Position numbers and translations under genes: made by a program. The notes beneath the pieces were generated by a model. That model ran no database searches. It saw nothing but the letters and a program-made list of their open reading frames with translations, and had not been told where the DNA came from. DNA of 42,921 bases from Actinomycetota bacterium (GTDB lineage: Bacteria > Actinomycetota > Acidimicrobiia > Acidimicrobiales > VFJN01): positions 1 to 42,921 of the forward strand of contig JBKPRS010000151.1 of the NCBI GenBank assembly GCA_046734695.1. Reading direction: 5' to 3'. This document shows, piece by piece, positions 1-8,701 of this stretch (positions within the stretch are counted from its first letter, which is position 1; each line of letters opens with the position of its first letter).

Positions 1-20
1 AGGACGCCGATCCCGACGCC

Positions 21-494
21 GTGGTCGTCCGCCGGGAGGAGGCGCGCCTCGTGCTCGCCGTCGACGGCAGCCCTCGGATGGCGGACCTCGGGCCGTTCGT
101 GCTCCGGATCGAAGCGGTCCTGCGGGAGGCCGCCCAGGTGAGCGGGGCGGTGGTCGAGGGCTGCTTCGGCGGGTGCTACCCGGTCCCGTTCGAGGAGGAC
201 CGCCAGGACGTGACCGCGTTCCTCCCGATCGCCGCCCCGGTCCTCGTCCCGCCCGGGCTCGGGAGCATGGGGGTGCAGATCGACGAGCTGCCGGCCTGCG
301 ACGTCGCCGTCGCTGAGCTACGCGGGTCCTACCTGGGGCTCGAGGCGTGTTACCGGCGGCTGGGCGCGTGGGTGGCGTTTCATGCCGTGCCGTCGGACCT
401 CCCGGTCCGGGAGCTGTACGTGACCCCGCTCGGCGGGCCGGAGGACGAGGCCGTCACCGAGCTGCTGTGGCCCGTCGTCGTCGACGGCCGCTGA
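21..494 (+). CDS. GyrI-like (effector-binding) small-molecule-binding domain protein. The frame is open to the window edge, so this may be the C-terminal part of a MerR/AraC-type regulator.
   Basis: The 157-aa ORF has the length and alternating beta/alpha pattern typical of GyrI-like domains (VRREEARLVLAV ... ELPACDVAVAELRGSY ... ELYVTP). There is no in-frame stop between position 3 and 21. Confidence 0.5.
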   Translation: MVVRREEARLVLAVDGSPRMADLGPFVLRIEAVLREAAQVSGAVVEGCFGGCYPVPFEEDRQDVTAFLPIAAPVLVPPGLGSMGVQIDELPACDVAVAELRGSYLGLEACYRRLGAWVAFHAVPSDLPVRELYVTPLGGPEDEAVTELLWPVVVDGR

Positions 495-511
495 GCCACC
501 AAGGAGGAAGC

Positions 512-1375
512 ATGCAAGCACAGCGACAGATCGACGCGGGCCGGCTGGAGACGCGACTCGGACCGCTGGCGTGGCGCTCGACCGGGCGGGGACCGGCACT
601 CGTCTTCTACGCCGGGGCGATGGCGAACGGTGACCTGTGGCGTGACGTCGTGGCCGCGCTCGCGGACCGCTACCGCTGCATCACGATCGACCTACCGCTC
701 GGGGCGCACCCGTGGCCGTTGAGCGAGGGCGCCGACCGCTCGGCCACCTCCCTGGCCCGCCTGTTGCTCGACGCCCTGGAGCTGCTGGACGTGGCCGACG
801 CGACGGTGATCGCCAACGACACGGCCGGCGGGCTGCTGCTCCTGTCCCTGGCGTCCGGTCACCCGGCGCTCGGGCGAGTGGGCCGGCTGGTCCTGACGAA
901 CTGCGACAACGGCGACAGCTTCCCGCCGCCCGCGCTCCGGAAGGCGGCGACGCTGTGTCGCAGGCTGCCGCGGCTCGCTCGGGCGATGGTCCGGCTGCAG
1001 CTGCGCTCCGCGAAGGCGCGGCGCATGCTGGTCGCCAGCGTGACCGCCGGCGGGCTGGACGACGAGCGGGTCGTGTCGTTCCTCCGGCCGGCCCGGGGCG
1101 ATCGGCGGGTGGCCGGCGACGTCGTCGCCGCCTTCGCCGGCTTCCGCCCCCAGGTCCTGCTCGACGCCGCCGGGGCCATCCCGGCGTTCGACCGGCCGGT
1201 CCTGCTGATCTGGGGCGACTCGTGCGACTTCTTCCCGCTGGCCGACGCTCAGCGGCTCGCGGCCGAGTTCCCCGACGCCGAGCTGGTCCCCGTGCCCGGC
1301 GCCAAGACCTGGGTGCCGGTCGACGCTCCCGCCGCGGTCGCGGACGCCATCGCCGAGTTCGTGCCCCCGGCCTGA
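512..1375 (+). CDS. Alpha/beta-fold hydrolase, probably of the Asp-nucleophile (epoxide hydrolase/dehalogenase-like) subclass
   Basis: The ATG at 512 lies 5 nt after AAGGAGGA (501-508). Motifs include PALVFYAGAMANGDLW, a nucleophile-elbow-like VIANDTAGG and a C-terminal LLIWGDSCDFFP. The ORF-track extension upstream to 347 is Arg/Gly junk overlapping the previous gene. Confidence 0.8.
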   Translation: MQAQRQIDAGRLETRLGPLAWRSTGRGPALVFYAGAMANGDLWRDVVAALADRYRCITIDLPLGAHPWPLSEGADRSATSLARLLLDALELLDVADATVIANDTAGGLLLLSLASGHPALGRVGRLVLTNCDNGDSFPPPALRKAATLCRRLPRLARAMVRLQLRSAKARRMLVASVTAGGLDDERVVSFLRPARGDRRVAGDVVAAFAGFRPQVLLDAAGAIPAFDRPVLLIWGDSCDFFPLADAQRLAAEFPDAELVPVPGAKTWVPVDAPAAVADAIAEFVPPA

Positions 1376-1392
1376 CTCGGTAGCTTGGCCGG

Positions 1393-2235
1393 ATGACGGG
1401 CCAGCGGATCTCGGTCGCCCCGGTGTCGGGTGTGCTCGGCGCCGAGGTGAGCGGCGTCGACCTCGCGTCGGACCTCGACGAGGCCGCCGTCGCGGAGATC
1501 CGCCAGGCGTTCCTCGCCCACCACGTGCTGTTCTTCCACGACCAGGAGCTGACGCCGGACCAGCTCATGCGCTTCGGGCGCCGCTTCGGCGAGCTGGACA
1601 CCCATCCCTTCGTGGAGGGCATGGACAGCCGGCCCGAGGTCATCGAGATCGTCACCGAGCCCGAGGACGCGGTGAACTTCGGCGGCGGCTGGCACACCGA
1701 CGTCACGTTCCTGGACGAGCCCGACCTCGGATCGATCCTCTACGCCGTCGACGTGCCGCCATCGGGCGGCGACACGCTGTTCGCCGACCAGCACGCCGCG
1801 TACGACGCGCTGTCGGACACGATGAAGGGGCTGATCGGAGGCCTCGTGGGCCTGCACTCGGCCGGCCCGCAGTACTCGCCCGGCGGCTACTCGACCCGGT
1901 CCCGCTCGATGCGGACGAAGAACGCCGATCGCGCCGACAGCGTGGTCCGCCATCCGGTCGTGCGCACCCACCCCGAGACCGGGCGCAAGGGCCTCTACGT
2001 GAACCGGGCCTTCACGACCCGCATCGAGGGCCTGCGCCGCGACGAGTCCGAGGCGCTGCTCGGCTACCTGCTCGACCACGCGACCCGTGAGCAGTTCACC
2101 TGCCGCTTCCGCTGGCGGGCCGGATCGGTGGCGATGTGGGACAACCGCAGCGTCCAGCACTTCGCCCTGTACGACTACCGGGGCCAGCGCCGCCGCATGT
2201 ATCGCATCACGCTGCGCGGCGACCGCCCCCGGTAG
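1393..2235 (+). CDS. TauD/TfdA-family Fe(II)/2-oxoglutarate-dependent dioxygenase
   Basis: Carries the HxD iron motif WHTDVTF, plus [18 protein letters not shown] and [10 protein letters not shown]. Length (280 aa) and layout are typical of taurine/alkylsulfonate dioxygenases. Confidence 0.9.
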   Translation: MTGQRISVAPVSGVLGAEVSGVDLASDLDEAAVAEIRQAFLAHHVLFFHDQELTPDQLMRFGRRFGELDTHPFVEGMDSRPEVIEIVTEPEDAVNFGGGWHTDVTFLDEPDLGSILYAVDVPPSGGDTLFADQHAAYDALSDTMKGLIGGLVGLHSAGPQYSPGGYSTRSRSMRTKNADRADSVVRHPVVRTHPETGRKGLYVNRAFTTRIEGLRRDESEALLGYLLDHATREQFTCRFRWRAGSVAMWDNRSVQHFALYDYRGQRRRMYRITLRGDRPR

Positions 2236-2247
2236 CCGGTGCCGGAC

Positions 2248-3024
2248 CTACCCGGCCACCTGGACCGGGCTGCGGCCGCGGTAGACGCGGAGGGCGAGGG
2301 TGTAGGAGACGGCCAGGATGCCCACGCCCCAGGCCAGGGCGGCCCACAGGTCGGGACCGGTGGTGCCCGTGGTGAGCAGTGAGCGCATGGTCTCGATGAG
2401 GGGTGTCATCGGCTGGTGCTCGGCGAAGCCCCTCAGCCAGGGCGTGATCGAGTCCGTCGGGACGAACGAGGGGCTGAGGAAGATCAGCAGGAACAGCAGG
2501 TAGCTGAAGGCCCCGGCGCCCTCGACGCTCTTGGCCAGCAGGCCGAACAGGAGGGCCAGCCAGGTGGTGGCCAGGGTGAAGAGGACGAGGAGGGCGACGA
2601 ACCAGAACCAGGCGGCCGCGTCCGCCTCGGGGCGGAACCCGACGAGGAACGCCACGACGACCACCAGGAAGCAGGAGAAGAGGACCGACAGCGTCGAGGA
2701 CACGGCCTGCCCGCTCAGGACGGACGAGGGCGCGACCGGCATGGTCCGGAAGCGGCTGATGATGCCCTTCTGGAGGTCGGTGGCCAGACGCACCGCGGCG
2801 TAGGCGATGCCACTTATCACGGTCATGATCACGACCGCAGGGGTCACGAAGTCGACGTAGGCGATCGAGCCGGTCTGCGTCCCGATGGCGCCGCCGAACA
2901 CGTAGACGAAGAGCAGCAAGAGGGCGATCGGCGTCAGGACCACGGTGATGATCGTGTCGATGCTGCGTGTCGTGTGACGCAGGCTGCGCTTCGTCATGGT
3001 CCAGGTGTCAGTGAGCGCTCGCAT
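2248..3024 (-). CDS. ABC-2 type exporter permease (DrrB-like)
   Basis: About six hydrophobic segments. The ATG at 3024 is preceded on the minus strand by AAGGAGG 6 nt upstream, and the gene overlaps the upstream ATPase gene by 17 nt. Confidence 0.85.
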   Translation of the reverse strand: MRALTDTWTMTKRSLRHTTRSIDTIITVVLTPIALLLLFVYVFGGAIGTQTGSIAYVDFVTPAVVIMTVISGIAYAAVRLATDLQKGIISRFRTMPVAPSSVLSGQAVSSTLSVLFSCFLVVVVAFLVGFRPEADAAAWFWFVALLVLFTLATTWLALLFGLLAKSVEGAGAFSYLLFLLIFLSPSFVPTDSITPWLRGFAEHQPMTPLIETMRSLLTTGTTGPDLWAALAWGVGILAVSYTLALRVYRGRSPVQVAG

Positions 3025-3958
3025 CGCTTGCCTCCTTGGTGTCGTCGAGGACCTTGAAGAACACGTCGTCCAGCGTGGGCGACTGCCGGGAGAACGTGGC
3101 CGGCTCGATGCCGCACTCCTTGAGCCGGATGAACATGTCGGCCATGTCGGCCACCGAGGCGTCGGTGGCGACGATCAGCTTGGATTCCACCTGGCTGACC
3201 TCGAAGTGCTCGCCGAGTGCCTTCTCGGCCGCAGCCAGCCGGTCCCCGTCGCCGAACTCCAGCTCGACGAGCCCGGCCGGCAGCGTGGCCTTCAGCTCCT
3301 CGGGCGTGCCGTGGGCCACGATGCGGCCGCCGCGGAGGATGGCGATCTGGTCGGCGAGACGATCGGCTTCGTCCAGGTACTGGGTGGTCAGGAAGATCGT
3401 GGTGCCGTTCTCGACCAGCCGGGCGATGGTGGCCCACATGTCGTTGCGGCTCTGCGGGTCGAGCCCGGTCGTCGGCTCGTCGAAGAAGATGACGGGGGCG
3501 TCGCCGACCAGGCTCATGGCGATGTCGAGCCGGCGCCGCATGCCGCCCGAGTAGGTCGCCAGGCTCCGGTCGGCCGCCTCGGTGAGAGCGAAGCGGTCCA
3601 GCAGGTCCGCCGCGGTCTGCCGGGGATCGGCGACGTGGCGCAGCTCGCCCATCAGCACCAGGTTCTCCCGACCGGTGAGGATGTCGTCCACCGCGGCGAA
3701 CTGCCCCGTCAGGCTGATCTGCTCGCGGACCTTCGTCGCCTGCGTCGCCACGTCGAACCCGGCCACGCGGGCCGAGCCGCCGTCGGCGTCGATCAGCGTG
3801 GTCAGGATGTTGATCGTCGTCGTCTTGCCGGAGCCGTTGGCTCCCAGGAGGGCGAACACCGAGCCCCGTTCGACGCTGAACGACACGTCGTGGAGCACCG
3901 GCGCGTCCTTGTAGCCCTTCACGAGGTTCCTCACCTCGATGGCGTGTGTGCCTTCCAT
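3008..3958 (-). CDS. ABC transporter ATP-binding protein (DrrA/daunorubicin-resistance-like)
   Basis: Walker A GANGSGKTT, signature YSGGMRRRL and Walker B VIFFDEPTTGLD. AGGAGG lies upstream of the ATG on the minus strand. Confidence 0.9.
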   Translation of the reverse strand: MEGTHAIEVRNLVKGYKDAPVLHDVSFSVERGSVFALLGANGSGKTTTINILTTLIDADGGSARVAGFDVATQATKVREQISLTGQFAAVDDILTGRENLVLMGELRHVADPRQTAADLLDRFALTEAADRSLATYSGGMRRRLDIAMSLVGDAPVIFFDEPTTGLDPQSRNDMWATIARLVENGTTIFLTTQYLDEADRLADQIAILRGGRIVAHGTPEELKATLPAGLVELEFGDGDRLAAAEKALGEHFEVSQVESKLIVATDASVADMADMFIRLKECGIEPATFSRQSPTLDDVFFKVLDDTKEASDASAH

Positions 3959-4030
3959 GTTCTGCGGAACCTCCTAGAACAGTGTTCGGTTGACTCGAAC
4001 AGTGTACCATCACTCGTACGGTGTTCCGCA
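3959..4030. promoter_or_regulatory. Array of GAAC/GTTC-based palindromes in the drrA-like/tetR divergent spacer; candidate TetR operators
   Basis: GTTCTGCGGAAC (3959-3970), the perfect palindrome GAACAGTGTTC (3977-3987), a near copy GAACAGTGTAC (3997-4007, 20 bp later) and an inverted near copy GTACGGTGTTC (4016-4026). TGCGGAAC (3963-3970) and GTTCCGCA (4023-4030) are exact reverse complements. Confidence 0.5.
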
Positions 4031-4067
4031 ACGGGTAATGTCGAGACCGCCGGAAAGGGAGAGTGCG

Positions 4068-4799
4068 ATGCCAGCGAGTGACCGGTCCTACCCCTCGGTG
4101 TGGCTCCGGCCGCCCCGCGAGCAGCGATCGGCTCTGACCCGCGACCGGATCGTCGCCGAAGCCCTGCGCATCCTCGACGAGGAGGGCGCCGAGGCCCTGA
4201 GCATGCGCAAGCTCGCGGCGGCGCTCGGGGTGGGCACGACCTCGCTCTACTGGCACGTCGCCAACCGCGACGAGCTGATCGAGCTGGTCGTCAACGAGAT
4301 CAACGGTGAGCTGGACGTGCCCGACGCCGGCGAGGTGCCGGAGTGGCGGGAGGCGACCCGCCGGTTCGCCCGCAGCATCCGCTCGGGGATCGTGCGCCAC
4401 CGGTGGGTGGTCTCCGAGCTCGCCCACCTGGTGGCGGCCGTGCCCGGGCCCAACCTCAGCGACGCCATGGAGCGCATGCTCGCCGTGTTCGAGACCGCGG
4501 GCTTCCCGCTCGGGGAAGCCGATCGCGCGCTGAGCACCGTCTCCGCCTACGTGGCCGGCATCGGCCTGAGCGAGGCGGCCTTGCACGGGCTGCTCGCCCG
4601 CCAGGGCCAGAGCCCACAGGACTGGCTGGACGAGCAGATGCGCGCCGCCGATGACGTCACCGAGGGGCACGATCGGCTCCGCTCGGTCACGACCGGCTAT
4701 GCCGGCCAGGACCCCCAGCAGGCGATGGACGAGGACTTCGAGTACGGCCTCGACCGGCTCCTCGACGGCCTGCAGGCCCGACTCGACGCCTCCACCTGA
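4068..4799 (+). CDS. TetR-family transcriptional regulator, divergent from the DrrAB-like exporter
   Basis: N-terminal HTH IVAEALRILDEEGAEALSMRKLAAALGVGTTSLYWHV. The ATG at 4068 follows GGGAGAG; alternative starts are at 4038 (ATG) and 3990 (TTG). Confidence 0.85.
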   Translation: MPASDRSYPSVWLRPPREQRSALTRDRIVAEALRILDEEGAEALSMRKLAAALGVGTTSLYWHVANRDELIELVVNEINGELDVPDAGEVPEWREATRRFARSIRSGIVRHRWVVSELAHLVAAVPGPNLSDAMERMLAVFETAGFPLGEADRALSTVSAYVAGIGLSEAALHGLLARQGQSPQDWLDEQMRAADDVTEGHDRLRSVTTGYAGQDPQQAMDEDFEYGLDRLLDGLQARLDAST

Positions 4800-4861
4800 G
4801 GCCACCGCCGACATCGGCCACGCCTCGCATCACCACCGGCAAGGCACTTGCCAACGCCGAA

Positions 4862-4897
4862 ATACCTGATATATATAGCGGGTATGCTACTCGGTAT
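4862..4897. promoter_or_regulatory. AT-rich island upstream of padR with an ATACC/GGTAT repeat set
   Basis: ATACC (4862-4866), GATATATATAG, then GGTAT at 4881-4885 and 4893-4897. This is the only strongly AT-rich stretch in the TetR-PadR spacer. Confidence 0.4.
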
Positions 4898-4924
4898 AGC
4901 GAACAAGACCTCGGGGCGGGTCCG

Positions 4925-5500
4925 GTGAGCGTGCGCCACGCGCTGCTGGCGCTGCTCAGCGAGGGCCCCAAGTACGGGCTCCAGCTCCGCCAGGAGTTCG
5001 AGGCCCGCACCGGCGAGGTGTGGCCGTTGAACGTCGGCCAGGTGTACACGACCCTCCAGCGCCTGGAGCGGGACGGCCTGGTCGCGTCGGAGGGCAAGGG
5101 CGACGGTCCCGGGAAGGCGTACCGGATCACGGGTGCCGGCCGCGACGAGCTGAGCGTCTGGCTGCGCACGCCTCCGGAGGACGACGGGCCACCCCGCGAC
5201 GAGCTGCTGATCAAGGTGCTCGTCGCGGCGCACGCCCCGGATGTGGACGTGCACGACGTGATCCAGGCCCACCGCCACTGGCTCGTCGAGCTGATGCAGC
5301 GGTACACCGCGGTCAAGGCCAACGCCCAGGCCGAGGACGTAGCCCTGGCGCTCGTGGTCGACGCCGAGCTGTTCCGCCTGGAGGGCGCGGTCCGGTGGCT
5401 CGACACCGCCGACATGCGCCTGCGCCAGCACCGCCTGCAGGTCCCGGCCGTCGCTCCCCAGGGCGACCGGGACCGCAGCGTCGCGGGAGTCGAGCGATGA
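4925..5500 (+). CDS. PadR-family transcriptional regulator
   Basis: Winged-helix motif LLALLSEGPKYGLQLRQEFEARTGEVWPLNVGQVYTTLQRLERDGLV. GTG start; the stop overlaps the next start (ATGA at 5497-5500). Confidence 0.85.
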   Translation: MSVRHALLALLSEGPKYGLQLRQEFEARTGEVWPLNVGQVYTTLQRLERDGLVASEGKGDGPGKAYRITGAGRDELSVWLRTPPEDDGPPRDELLIKVLVAAHAPDVDVHDVIQAHRHWLVELMQRYTAVKANAQAEDVALALVVDAELFRLEGAVRWLDTADMRLRQHRLQVPAVAPQGDRDRSVAGVER

Positions 5501-6252
5501 GCGAGCTCGTCGAGCGAACCCGGAACCCGAGCGCGGCCTTGGAGCTGCGGCTCGTGTCGAAGACCTACGGGGAGGGCGCCAACACGGTGCACGCCCTGCG
5601 CGAGGTCGACCTGGCCGTCGAGCGCGGCGAGCTCGTCGCGGTCATGGGCCCCAGCGGGTCGGGCAAGTCCACGCTGCTCACCATCGCGGGCACGCTCGAG
5701 GAGGCCACCGCGGGCGAGGTGCTCATCGATGGCACCCCGGTGGGCGCCATGCGCTCCGCCCAGCGGGCCCAGTTGCGCCGCCGCTCGCTCGGGTTCGTGT
5801 TCCAGGACTTCAACCTGCTCGCCGGGCTCACGGCGGCCGAGAACGTCTCGATGCCCCTGGAGCTCGACGGCATGCGCGCCCGCGATGCCCGCGCCGCGGC
5901 GGCCACGGCCCTGGCCCACCTCGGTGTCGACGACCTCGCCGACCGCTTCCCCGACGACCTGTCCGGGGGCGAGCGGCAGCGGGTGGCCATCGCCCGCGCC
6001 ATCGTCGGCGAGCGGTCGCTGCTGCTGGCGGACGAGCCCACGGGCGCCCTCGACTCGGTGAACGGCGAGTCCGTGATGCGCCTGCTGCGGGAGGCGTGCC
6101 ACCGCGGCGCCGCCGGCGTCGTGGTGACGCACGAGGCCCACATGGCCTCGTGGGCCGACCGGGTCGTGTTCCTCCGCGACGGCCGGGTCATCGACCACAC
6201 GAGCCCGCCGGAGCGGCCCGAGTCGCTGCTCGGCTCGGTCCCGCAGCCATGA
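5497..6252 (+). CDS. ABC transporter ATP-binding protein (MacB/LolD/FtsE-type)
   Basis: GPSGSGKSTLL, LSGGERQRVAIARA and LLLADEPTGALD. ATGA overlaps with both neighbouring genes. Confidence 0.9.
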   Translation: MSELVERTRNPSAALELRLVSKTYGEGANTVHALREVDLAVERGELVAVMGPSGSGKSTLLTIAGTLEEATAGEVLIDGTPVGAMRSAQRAQLRRRSLGFVFQDFNLLAGLTAAENVSMPLELDGMRARDARAAAATALAHLGVDDLADRFPDDLSGGERQRVAIARAIVGERSLLLADEPTGALDSVNGESVMRLLREACHRGAAGVVVTHEAHMASWADRVVFLRDGRVIDHTSPPERPESLLGSVPQP

Positions 6253-8675
6253 GCGTCGGACGGCCGGCCTCCCGGGCCGTGATGCGGTGGTCCCTGCGGC
6301 TGTTCCGCCGGGAGTGGCGCCAGCAGCTGCTGGTCCTGGCGCTGCTGACGGCGGCGGTGGCCGCCGCAGTGGCCCTGGCGACGGTGGCGATCAACAGCTC
6401 GTCGGCGGTGGCCCAGCCCTTCGGGGGCGCCGACGCCCGCATCACGATCGGCGGCGACGACCCCGCGGCCGCCGCCCGCTCCGTCGCCGCGGCGCGGGAC
6501 CGGTACGGCAGCGACGACGTCACCGCCCACGAGACGGTGACCGTGCCGGGCACGGTCGACCGGCTCGACGTGCGCGACCAGGACCCCGAGGCGCGGTACA
6601 GCCGCAACGTCCTCGACCTCACCGCCGGCCGGTACCCGCGGGTGGCGGGCGAGGTGGCCCTCACCGACGAGGCCGCCGCCCTGCTCGCCGCCGGCCTCCA
6701 CGACGAGGTGACGATCGCCGGGCGGCAGGAGACCGTGGTCGGGCTGGTCGAGAACTCCGCCGACCTGGGCGACGACTTCGTGCTGGTGGCGCCGGGCACC
6801 CTGGCCGACCCGGACAAGATCACCGTGCTGGTGGACACGAGCCAGGCGCACGGCAGCTCGAACGACGTCGGCTTCGCCATGGAGATCCTCGGCAGCGACA
6901 GCAACGAGGCCCAGATCGCCGTGGTGGTCCTGGCGGCGACGACGCTGGCCCTCGCCCTCGTCGGCATGCTGGCATCGGCGGCGTTCGTGGTCGTCGCCCA
7001 GCGGCGCCAGCGCCAGCTGGGCATGCTCGTGGCTCTGGGGGCCACCCAGCGCCACGTCCGGCTGGTGATGCTGGCCACGGGCGCCATCACCGGCGCGGTG
7101 GCCGCGGTCGTGGGCACCGTCCTCGGCGTGGCGGGCTGGCTGGTGTTCGCCCCCTCGGTCGAGACCGCCGCCAACCATCGCATCTCCCGCAGCGACCTCC
7201 CGTGGCCGGTCATCGCCGGGGTGGTGCTGCTGGCGGTGGCCGCCGCCAGCCTCGCGGCCTGGTGGCCGGCCCGGAGCCTGTCCCGGCTGCCGGTGATGAC
7301 CGCGCTCGCGGGCCGACCGGCCGCCCCTCGCCCGGTCCGCCGGCCGCTGGCCCTCGCGGTCGTCCTGGTGGCGGCGGGCGCCGTCGCCATCGCCCTGTCG
7401 GAGCCCTTGAGCCGCCACATCCAAGGGGTGCTGTTCGTCGCCGGGCTGACGGCCGTGGTGATCGGCACCGTGATGATGACGCCCGCCGCGGTCCGGGCCG
7501 GCGGGCGGCTGGCGCCGCGTCTGCCGCTGGGCCCCCGCCTGGCGCTGCGCGACCTGGCCCGCTACCAGGCCCGGGCGGCCGCGGCCCTGGGGGCCATCAC
7601 GCTCGGGCTCGCCATCTCGATCGGGATCGTGGCCGTCGCGGCCGCGGCGGTGCCCCCCGCCGGCAGCGGTGACCTGTCCAGCTCCGAGCTGATGATCCTG
7701 AGCCCCCACGGTGACGGGGACGGCCCTGCACCGGCACCCGAGCGCACCCCGGCAGAGACCGCGGCCTTCGACCGTGACGCGCAGGCGGTCATCACCGCCC
7801 TCGGCAGCGATGTGGCCTCGGCGCCGCTCGACGTCGCGGTGAGCACCCGCCCGATGCCCGACGGGCTGCCCCGCGAGGCGATCTCGATCGGCGTGGCCCG
7901 GAGCGCGCGCATGATCGAGGGGAGCGGCATCCCCTATGTCGCCACGCCCGAGGTGCTGGCGCTCTACGGCATCGACCCCGAGTCCATCGAGCCGGACGCG
8001 GAGCTGCTGACCTCCCGCCACGAGCCGTTCATCCTCCTGGACATGACCGAGGAGCGCCGCGACGACGCGAACCCCGCCGAGGCGAGGCTCCAGGACGTCG
8101 ACCTGCCGACGTGGTCCTCCGCCCCCAGCGCGCTGATCCCCGAGGACACCCTGGCCGAGCGCGGTTGGGTGGCGGTCCGCTCCGGCTGGATGGTCGAGTC
8201 ACCGGCGCCGCTCACCGCCGAGCAGATCGCGGCCGCTCGCGCCGCCGCGGCGGACACCGGCCTGGCGGTCTCGACCCGCGAGACCTACGACGGCCTGATG
8301 GCACTGCGGAAGGGCGCCACGCTCGCCGGCGGGCTGCTGGCGGTGGCGATCGTGGCCATCGCCGTCGGGCTCATCCGCAACGAGGCCCGGCGCGACGTCC
8401 GCACGCTCACCGCCACCGGCGCCAAGCCCCGCACCCGCCGGGCGCTGACCTCCGCCACCGCCGCGGGGCTCGCGCTGCCCGGCGTCCTCCTCGGCCTCGC
8501 CGGCGCCTACCTCGCCCTCGTGGCGTCGTACCACGCCGACCTCGGCCGCCTGGTCCCGGTCCCGCTGGCGCAGCTTCTCCCCCTCGCCATCGGGACCCCC
8601 CTCCTCGCCGCCGCCGTCGGCTGGCTCCTCGCCGGCCGGGAGCCCCGCACCTTCGCCCGCCAGGAGCTGGAGTAG
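6249..8675 (+). CDS. Large FtsX-family ABC permease with two FtsX-type membrane modules
   Basis: 808-aa product with an N-terminal TM, a large extracytoplasmic region, a cluster of TM helices, a second soluble region and a C-terminal TM cluster (RNEARRDVRTLTATGAKPRTRR is typical of the FtsX loop). Translationally coupled to the ATPase. Confidence 0.85.
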   Translation: MSVGRPASRAVMRWSLRLFRREWRQQLLVLALLTAAVAAAVALATVAINSSSAVAQPFGGADARITIGGDDPAAAARSVAAARDRYGSDDVTAHETVTVPGTVDRLDVRDQDPEARYSRNVLDLTAGRYPRVAGEVALTDEAAALLAAGLHDEVTIAGRQETVVGLVENSADLGDDFVLVAPGTLADPDKITVLVDTSQAHGSSNDVGFAMEILGSDSNEAQIAVVVLAATTLALALVGMLASAAFVVVAQRRQRQLGMLVALGATQRHVRLVMLATGAITGAVAAVVGTVLGVAGWLVFAPSVETAANHRISRSDLPWPVIAGVVLLAVAAASLAAWWPARSLSRLPVMTALAGRPAAPRPVRRPLALAVVLVAAGAVAIALSEPLSRHIQGVLFVAGLTAVVIGTVMMTPAAVRAGGRLAPRLPLGPRLALRDLARYQARAAAALGAITLGLAISIGIVAVAAAAVPPAGSGDLSSSELMILSPHGDGDGPAPAPERTPAETAAFDRDAQAVITALGSDVASAPLDVAVSTRPMPDGLPREAISIGVARSARMIEGSGIPYVATPEVLALYGIDPESIEPDAELLTSRHEPFILLDMTEERRDDANPAEARLQDVDLPTWSSAPSALIPEDTLAERGWVAVRSGWMVESPAPLTAEQIAAARAAAADTGLAVSTRETYDGLMALRKGATLAGGLLAVAIVAIAVGLIRNEARRDVRTLTATGAKPRTRRALTSATAAGLALPGVLLGLAGAYLALVASYHADLGRLVPVPLAQLLPLAIGTPLLAAAVGWLLAGREPRTFARQELE

Positions 8676-8701
8676 GACTGCCAGGCTCATCGCCGGTCCG
8701 A

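Noticed and set aside
4838-4852. The hairpin GGCAAG-GCA-CTTGCC after the TetR gene as an intrinsic terminator.
   Set aside because: The stem is only 6 bp with a 3-nt loop and no downstream T-tract, which is too weak to call.
5565-8021. Very long antisense or alternative-frame ORFs. Examples: 5565-8021 (-), 38528-41011 (-), 30181-31959 (-), 34231-36372 (-), 36351-38006 (-), 18458-20449 (+), 20017-21780 (+), 22585-24138 (+), 24264-25256 (-).
   Set aside because: Their translations are low-complexity Arg/Gly/Pro/Asp/His-rich strings with no recognisable motifs. Each is fully overlapped by a well-supported gene on the other strand or frame. Long stop-free antisense frames are expected in very GC-rich DNA.
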